A stretch of 64,000 nt of DNA from IMG/VR virus record IMGVR_UViG_3300025132_008118. One strand, 5' to 3'. This stretch comes from a virus. Of the stretch, positions 58,916 through 64,000 are shown piece after piece (the stretch's first letter is position 1; each line of letters begins with the position of its first letter). The translations under genes and the position numbers were made by a program. The notes below the pieces were generated by a model. It was not told the DNA's origin. It saw only the letters and a list, made by a program, of their open reading frames with translations, and made no database searches.

Positions 58916-59299
58916 TTACATTGCAGCTGCATGATCCGGATACTCTTCATCAGAGTAATCAGTCGGGTATTTTCCGTCATAAATTTTCTCAATATCTAAA
59001 CCAAACCTCTCAAGCTCATCCTTCTTATCGTAATCATACTGAGCAGCAACAATACTTACTGCATAACTTCTTTCAGCTCCAACTTCAGCATAAGGATAAA
59101 CTTTATGAAAAAATTCAGTATCCCAATAACTTAACATCTCGAACAAAGTTTCCTTTTCAAAAGTATCCTGAATATGAATAAACCTTCTCATAGCTTTTAC
59201 ATCTTTAGTAGCTACTATGTTTATCATTCTAGAGTAACGATTAACATCCTCAAGTTTAGAGTTAATCGATTCGGTAAGTTGCATTATCAATTTATTCAT
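58916..59299 (-). CDS. Hypothetical protein
   Basis: 127 aa; repeated element upstream. Confidence 0.7.
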   Translation of the reverse strand: MNKLIMQLTESINSKLEDVNRYSRMINIVATKDVKAMRRFIHIQDTFEKETLFEMLSYWDTEFFHKVYPYAEVGAERSYAVSIVAAQYDYDKKDELERFGLDIEKIYDGKYPTDYSDEEYPDHAAAM

Positions 59300-59320
59300 A
59301 TCTATATTATATCACCGTTC

Positions 59321-59569
59321 CTAACTCCAATGAGAGTAGCTGTAAGGCTGTAAAGCGGCTCCAGGCAACGTGTAGCCTAGCGGTCGCTTGACCTCCTCTT
59401 GCGGTAAAGAATTAAGACTTACGTCTGCTTTAACTGAGAAGAACGTCGTCGAGAGCTTATAATCCTGCGCCTGCTCTCTAGTAATATCGAGGCACTCTCC
59501 AGTACGAGTATTAGTCAATTGGTAGAGATTGCCGTAGCCTTTGTAATCGATAATATATTTAATTTTCAT
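59321..59569 (-). CDS. Small hypothetical protein
   Basis: 82 aa; repeated element upstream. Confidence 0.65.
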   Translation of the reverse strand: MKIKYIIDYKGYGNLYQLTNTRTGECLDITREQAQDYKLSTTFFSVKADVSLNSLPQEEVKRPLGYTLPGAALQPYSYSHWS

Positions 59570-59601
59570 ACTACAATTATATCACAGTTCCCTTTTCCGG
59601 A

Positions 59602-59946
59602 TTAGTACAACCCAAATACGAGCTCTGCATCTACTTCATTGCAAGGAGCTTCTAACTCCTTCCAGCCGAAGGACTCACACAACCACTGCGTACCTTCCAC
59701 CTCAACTACATCCCCTACTGAAAGAGAATAGTTATCAAGAGCTCTAAACTCTTGAGCAATAGAACGTTCCCAATCTTCGAGGAGCTCCTCAGGAGCATTC
59801 AAGATATGGAACATCTGCTCTGCTCCTTCCTTTCCGGACTTTACTTCCTTAGAGGAAGTCTTATAAACTTCCGTACGAGTTCCTTTATAATCAGCACCAT
59901 CGCCGAATTGATCTCGTGTACTTGTTGGTCGAATAATTCTTATCAT
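59602..59946 (-). CDS. YodL-like domain protein
   Basis: SLSVGDVVEVEG..WLCESFGWKEL resembles the YodL C-terminal pattern. Confidence 0.45.
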   Translation of the reverse strand: MIRIIRPTSTRDQFGDGADYKGTRTEVYKTSSKEVKSGKEGAEQMFHILNAPEELLEDWERSIAQEFRALDNYSLSVGDVVEVEGTQWLCESFGWKELEAPCNEVDAELVFGLY

Positions 59947-59967
59947 ACTACTATTATATAACGGTTC

Positions 59968-60393
59968 CTAAAAATTTATAACGAGAGAATTTGCTATATC
60001 AGCAGGAGATTCAAACTCATAGTTATTCACTGCATTTTCTTCAGCTTTTTCAGCCTCGTATTGTGCATTAGCCCTTTCGATGCATTCAGATGCAAGGCGG
60101 TCCCACTCTTCAGCAGTCTCATCTGACCAATTAGTCCAACGAGGACGAATGCCATTTTCAGACTTATAGCAGTCCATATACTCTTCCCAAGCCTTAGCTT
60201 GGTCCCACTCGGCAGGAGTCAGGCAGCGCTCACCTTTGGTGTAATGCTCGCAATAGTGAAGAATATCAGCTTCATCATATGAAGCATAACCGCGAAACTC
60301 TCCTTCCGGAGCAGCTTCTGCCCAAGCTTTTGACTCGGCACATAATGCGTTAACGTGATTGCGAAGATCTTCTGTAATAGTAATGTTTTGCAT
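59968..60393 (-). CDS. Hypothetical protein
   Basis: 141 aa, YMDCYKSENGIRPRW motif; repeated element upstream. Confidence 0.7.
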   Translation of the reverse strand: MQNITITEDLRNHVNALCAESKAWAEAAPEGEFRGYASYDEADILHYCEHYTKGERCLTPAEWDQAKAWEEYMDCYKSENGIRPRWTNWSDETAEEWDRLASECIERANAQYEAEKAEENAVNNYEFESPADIANSLVINF

Positions 60394-60415
60394 ACTACTA
60401 TTATATCAAAGTTCC

Positions 60416-60511
60416 TTAAAGATTACCAATTAACCACCAAATTATAAAACATAATAGACCAGCAGATAAAGCTGCTGATACTACCATTAAAATTTCAGAT
60501 AAGTATGCCAT
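60416..60511 (-). CDS. 31-aa hydrophobic peptide
   Basis: Read by hand: MAYLSEILMVVSAALSAGLLCFIIWWLIGNL. Confidence 0.45.
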   Translation of the reverse strand: MAYLSEILMVVSAALSAGLLCFIIWWLIGNL

Positions 60512-60517
60512 GTGTTC

Positions 60518-60679
60518 CTATTTAAATGTTCTACTAAACTCAAAGACTATAACAGCTACGCAGAGAAAATGCGCAAATGTTCCGGGATCGACCATTCCTA
60601 ATCCAATATCGTTACCTGCCGCAGCAAGATTTAACAATAGTGTTGCTACTACGAATACCTTATATAAATGTTCTAACAT
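60518..60679 (-). CDS. 53-aa membrane peptide
   Basis: Read by hand: MLEHLYKVFVVATLLLNLAAAGND...VIVFEFSRTFK. Confidence 0.5.
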   Translation of the reverse strand: MLEHLYKVFVVATLLLNLAAAGNDIGLGMVDPGTFAHFLCVAVIVFEFSRTFK

Positions 60680-60685
60680 AATTTA

Positions 60686-60961
60686 TTATGAAAAGCAATC
60701 GACTGCTTCCTCAATATCGTTATCAATCTCGTTATTCAATCGAGCTCGTTTTGCTTCCATCTCCTCATTTACATCTTCGAGATACATTTTATAATCATCA
60801 ATCTTGTCGTTGATATGATCAACATCACCCATCAAGTCATCAGCCATTCTTCGAATGCGCCCATCCTTTGCAAAGGATTCAGCCCACATCAATCGATCCA
60901 AAGTTTCACTTACTATGTTTTGAAACTCAGACGCTTCCTTTATTCTCTTCTTAATCTTCAT
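60686..60961 (-). CDS. Small coiled-coil protein
   Basis: 91 aa; repeated element upstream. Confidence 0.65.
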   Translation of the reverse strand: MKIKKRIKEASEFQNIVSETLDRLMWAESFAKDGRIRRMADDLMGDVDHINDKIDDYKMYLEDVNEEMEAKRARLNNEIDNDIEEAVDCFS

Positions 60962-61007
60962 GTACTTATTATATCACTGTTCCCCTATGAGAGCCACGTT
61001 TAGTTAA

Positions 61008-61032
61008 TAAAAAAGGGTAATGTGATACCCTT
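61008..61032 (-). terminator. Rho-independent terminator
   Basis: Minus strand AAGGGTA-TCACAT-TACCCTT followed by TTTTATT. Confidence 0.65.
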
Positions 61033-61106
61033 ACGTTTAATGTACCAAATTGAAGAGCCCGAGGCTGGACCTAATCTCACCGAAATGCCTCGAGCCCTTC
61101 TTTTTG

Positions 61107-61334
61107 TTAAGCTGATACAATCTTATTGTTACGCAATGCTCGTGCCATTTCACGAGGCGCAACCTTCTCCCATGTTCCGGAGAACTGATTCTTCATTACC
61201 AGACGCTTTGCCTGATGACCTACGACGGAGAATGCTCCTGTTACTGGATTTCGCTCAAGCATTACGTTGAACAAATTCGGGTTACGAGTTGCAGTTTCTA
61301 CACCACGACGACTACTTTTACTTTTATTTTTCAT
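61107..61334 (-). CDS. Small basic protein
   Basis: 75 aa; repeated element upstream. Confidence 0.65.
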   Translation of the reverse strand: MKNKSKSSRRGVETATRNPNLFNVMLERNPVTGAFSVVGHQAKRLVMKNQFSGTWEKVAPREMARALRNNKIVSA

Positions 61335-61357
61335 AATTTAATTATATCACTGTTCCT

Positions 61358-61603
61358 TTATAAATCTTTATCTTCTAATTCTAAACCTGATTCAATAATC
61401 ATTTTGTATGCCATTTCGAAATGACGTATTAAATCTTTATCGAAATACTGCTTATATGCAACTAATTTTGTATTAGGAGATTTAACTCTCATATTATAAT
61501 AACGATAGAACTCTTTGTGCTCAATAGTTTCCTCAAAGTTAAAATGATCTATGTAAGTATGGTCTCCTCTTTTCTGAACTAACTTATAATCTCCTGCGTA
61601 CAT
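61358..61603 (-). CDS. Small hypothetical protein
   Basis: 81 aa, coupled to the upstream ORF. Confidence 0.6.
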   Translation of the reverse strand: MYAGDYKLVQKRGDHTYIDHFNFEETIEHKEFYRYYNMRVKSPNTKLVAYKQYFDKDLIRHFEMAYKMIIESGLELEDKDL

Positions 61604-61806
61604 TAGAACTGCTTCATTACACTACGACATCCTCTACGAGGTACATAATACTTTTTATTACGAGCATAGCTTTCAGCAGACATAACCTGCACACTACCAC
61701 CAGTCTTATGATCAAACGTCATAACGCCTCGTACCTTTTCAGTAATACGAGGAGGAGGATTATCTAATCCTAATATCTTTCTAACCTCTTTACTTTTAAT
61801 TTCCAT
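61603..61806 (-). CDS. Small basic hypothetical protein
   Basis: 67 aa; repeated element upstream. Confidence 0.6.
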   Translation of the reverse strand: MEIKSKEVRKILGLDNPPPRITEKVRGVMTFDHKTGGSVQVMSAESYARNKKYYVPRRGCRSVMKQF

Positions 61807-62065
61807 ACTCTTATTATATCATCGTTCCTAAAAAAGAGTTTAATTAAATCTAACAGGCCCTTCCCATTCTGCTATGGGTCTTCCTCATTTATTTCAGGAG
61901 GGGTTCGGGCTTTCTCCGCCGGAGTCCGAAGACTTTAATATTCCATTGGCATAGTATTTAATTAAACTGCAGAAAATCAAAGGTATTCGCCTGGTCGGGC
62001 TTTTTCGAAGGAATACCAGCTCCGTTTTTCTTGTTTATTTCGTGCACGCTTGATCGTCATCAAAG

Positions 62066-62191
62066 TTATGTAAAAAGAACTGCTATTAAAGCAAATAGAT
62101 AGATAATATTTATGTCTCTCCCGCTATAAAAATCTAAAACTAAGCTACCTGCTAATGCTAAAATTGTGAATGCTTTGAATAATCTCATCAT
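62066..62191 (-). CDS. 41-aa membrane peptide
   Basis: Read by hand: MMRLFKAFTILALAGSLVLDFYSGRDINIIYLFALIAVLFT; repeated element upstream. Confidence 0.55.
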   Translation of the reverse strand: MMRLFKAFTILALAGSLVLDFYSGRDINIIYLFALIAVLFT

Positions 62192-62203
62192 ACTACTATT
62201 ATA

Positions 62204-62395
62204 TCACTGTTCCTCTTTTAACCAATCTTTTTTAAACAGCTCTTTATCAATAGCTTCTACAACCTTTACTGCATCCTTCATCGTTTTCCATCTAGAGCCC
62301 CATTTCTGGCAAGATGGTCCATTATTCAAATCAGCATTTTCCTCCCATTTATCTTTACAAGCTTGTACATATTTTTCTAGAATATTGTTACTCAT
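62204..62395 (-). CDS. Small hypothetical protein
   Basis: 63 aa, coupled to the upstream ORF. Confidence 0.6.
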   Translation of the reverse strand: MSNNILEKYVQACKDKWEENADLNNGPSCQKWGSRWKTMKDAVKVVEAIDKELFKKDWLKEEQ

Positions 62396-62619
62396 TACCG
62401 TTCTAAAATTACAAAGTCGCCAAACTCTTTATCAAAAACATTCAATAGGTTTTCATAATCCCCTGACTGCATATCATTGAGAATTTTATCTATTTCAGGT
62501 TTATCATAACACAACTCTTTTGCAAAACGTTTAGCTGTACCCATTAACGCAAATGCATTACCATCAGGACCAGTTAGGTCAATTACTATTTCATGAGGTA
62601 TAGTTTTTTGTCTAATCAT
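62395..62619 (-). CDS. Conserved phage hypothetical protein
   Basis: IDLTGPDGNAFALMG...M.SGDY..LL..F..EFG, a pattern familiar from many phages. Confidence 0.75.
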   Translation of the reverse strand: MIRQKTIPHEIVIDLTGPDGNAFALMGTAKRFAKELCYDKPEIDKILNDMQSGDYENLLNVFDKEFGDFVILER

Positions 62620-62820
62620 TTACAATAAAATTAGCGTTATAATAAAACCTATCCCTATTGTTAGGAAGAGTACTGCGAATGCTAAATCTTTTACCTTCTG
62701 ATCTTCATAGCTCGCAGCTCCTAAGTATACTTTTTTCTTTTTTCTTTTCATACTATCACTATATATTCGTTCACCCTTTACGCCGTGATAAACAATTCTA
62801 TTTCTTTTATAATATCCCAT
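62620..62820 (-). CDS. Small protein with a C-terminal TM helix
   Basis: 66 aa, basic N-terminus and hydrophobic end; repeated element upstream. Confidence 0.6.
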   Translation of the reverse strand: MGYYKRNRIVYHGVKGERIYSDSMKRKKKKVYLGAASYEDQKVKDLAFAVLFLTIGIGFIITLILL

Positions 62821-62846
62821 ACTATAATTATATCTAAGTTCCTAAA

Positions 62847-62923
62847 TGGTGGGCCCGGTCGGACTTGAACCGACGACCAAACGATTATGAGTCGTTTGCT
62901 CTGACCAACTGAGCTACAGGCCC
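62847..62923 (-). tRNA. tRNA-Ile2 (anticodon CAT, lysidine type), CCA encoded
   Basis: GGGCCTG/CGGGCCC acceptor stem, discriminator A + CCA, D-arm AGCTCAGTTGGTCAGAGC, anticodon arm AACGA-CTCATAA-TCGTT, GTTCAAGTC T-loop. The arm resembles bacterial Ile2 rather than Met. Confidence 0.9.
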
Positions 62924-62933
62924 ATACATTTTA

Positions 62934-63443
62934 TTAACAAAATCTAGCAAATTCGAACTCCGATTGCTCTAGAACGTTCTTAACCTTAAGCTCAAAAACA
63001 CTTTCAACCTTACGAGTTGGTCTCCATTCTTCACCAACGTTATCAATCATCAAACCATTCTTTACAGTAAAGACATGACCTGATACTAATACCAAATAGA
63101 TGCCTTCAGCAAAGTCCTTAATGAATGACTTAACTGTCTTCTTGCGAGCAATTACTTCACCATGAAGCTTATAAGTATTCGTTACCTTATCTTCGGGAAG
63201 AACGGTAATATCAAACTCAACGTCATCAATCTTCTGAGTTTCGCCTTCAAGCTTTTTAGCAGTATAATTCATCTTCTTACAACCCTTTTTATCTTCACGT
63301 TTAAAGGTCTCTTTCAAATAACTATGAGCTGAATCATAGTCAACATCAAGTGCAGTTGTGAATGCACGTACCGAACAATCATTCGTTTCCGAACCAGATT
63401 TATCAGTCGATTTAATTACTTCTTTTGAATTTATATATTGCAT
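62934..63443 (-). CDS. Conserved phage protein with NDC..RA / H / D motifs
   Basis: ETNDCSVRAF.TAL...Y and YLVLVSGHVFTVKNG..ID. Confidence 0.65.
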   Translation of the reverse strand: MQYINSKEVIKSTDKSGSETNDCSVRAFTTALDVDYDSAHSYLKETFKREDKKGCKKMNYTAKKLEGETQKIDDVEFDITVLPEDKVTNTYKLHGEVIARKKTVKSFIKDFAEGIYLVLVSGHVFTVKNGLMIDNVGEEWRPTRKVESVFELKVKNVLEQSEFEFARFC

Positions 63444-63482
63444 TTCTTATTATATTAGGTTAATATTTCTGTTACTCTATAA

Positions 63483-63641
63483 TTATATCACTGTTCCTCT
63501 TCGGGAATTCTTCTTCTCCCATATCGATAATGCTTTCTGCACATCATTATTGGAAGACGATAAGAGACGCTTAAAGACTTCCCATGTAGGTTTAGGATCT
63601 TTAATAGACTTCCATGCTTGCATTCTTTCTTCAGGTGACAT
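63483..63641 (-). CDS. 52-aa hypothetical protein
   Basis: Read by hand: MSPEERMQAWKSIK...RRGTVI; its stop lies inside the next element. Confidence 0.55.
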   Translation of the reverse strand: MSPEERMQAWKSIKDPKPTWEVFKRLLSSSNNDVQKALSIWEKKNSRRGTVI

Positions 63642-63667
63642 GCTATAATTATAGCACTGTTCCTATT

Positions 63668-63838
63668 TTATTTTCCGGAAGGAACGCTCTTCCAAGTCAC
63701 TACAAACCATAACCACCCTGCAAAGTTATTCAAAACTGTATCACCGTACTCAGCTTTGATATCTTCATCAACTTCTGCTCTGTGCCAAGGCTTTAATTCG
63801 AAATCTGTAATGTCAATATTATAATGAAGTATGTTCAT
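63668..63838 (-). CDS. 56-aa hypothetical protein
   Basis: Read by hand: MNILHYNIDITDFELKPW...SVPSGK; TATAAATA upstream. Confidence 0.5.
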   Translation of the reverse strand: MNILHYNIDITDFELKPWHRAEVDEDIKAEYGDTVLNNFAGWLWFVVTWKSVPSGK

Positions 63839-64000
63839 TAAAAATATTTATAACATTACCAGGATATCCTACCGTTATATTGAGGTAAAGATCGAGTTGG
63901 ACGATCGTAAGGGTTATATTTCTTCCTTTCTGGTACCTCGTTAAAATTAGGAGCATAGTTACCTTTAGCAATACTCCTCATTCGTCTAGATACTACTTCA

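Larger units (their letters stand above)
56136..63662 (-). repeat. Dispersed GGAAC-N5-TATAAT-N5/6-ATG element, 18 minus-strand copies
   Basis: Copies precede ATGs at 56138, 57019, 57658, 57836, 58267, 58511, 58891, 59299, 59569, 59946, 60393, 60961, 61334, 61806, 62191, 62820 and 63641. One copy near 63475-63497 has no ATG. Confidence 0.92.

Noticed and set aside
62847-62923. tRNA-Met/fMet
   Set aside because: It has a paired G1-C72, lacks the three consecutive G-C anticodon-stem pairs of fMet, and the CGACTCATAATCG arm resembles bacterial Ile2; tRNAscan confirmation is still needed.
56136-63662. CRISPR-like array suggested by the recurring ~22-bp motif
   Set aside because: The spacing is irregular (about 180-900 bp), the intervals are ORFs, the copies are degenerate, and no cas genes are present.
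56136-63662. AGGAAC read as a Shine-Dalgarno sequence
   Set aside because: It sits about 17 nt from the ATG with a conserved TATAAT in between, too far for an SD, and it also occurs where no ATG follows.
1-64000. Alternative genetic code (stop-codon reassignment)
   Set aside because: Core genes are full length under code 11, and TAG stops fall at sensible gene ends (e.g. dUTPase and several cassette ORFs).

Overview
The window is a 64 kb segment of a large, AT-rich T4-like myophage (T4 supergroup); no host-chromosome genes are evident. About 1-55 kb holds a rearranged virion module. It includes baseplate hub and wedge genes (gp54/26/29/48/53/27-like, gp6, gp25, gp5), several fibre or adhesin genes, and head/neck genes (gp23, gp22, gp21, gp4, gp13, gp20, gp15). 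Replication and nucleotide genes are interspersed: dUTPase, clamp loader, a PRTase and an SNase-like nuclease. A three-gene operon (TGT/DpdA-like TIM barrel, P-loop nucleotide kinase, QueF) points to 7-deazaguanine DNA modification. From about 55.6 kb to the end lies a dense minus-strand array of small ORFs plus one tRNA(CAU). Most of these ORFs start with a repeated GGAAC-N5-TATAAT-N5/6-ATG element, so they look like leaderless promoter+ORF cassettes. Other highlights are an 1100-aa trypsin-like protease split by a ~700-aa insert, candidate capsid-targeted internal proteins, and GC-rich structured non-coding islands. All assignments come from motif recognition by eye; no database searches were run.
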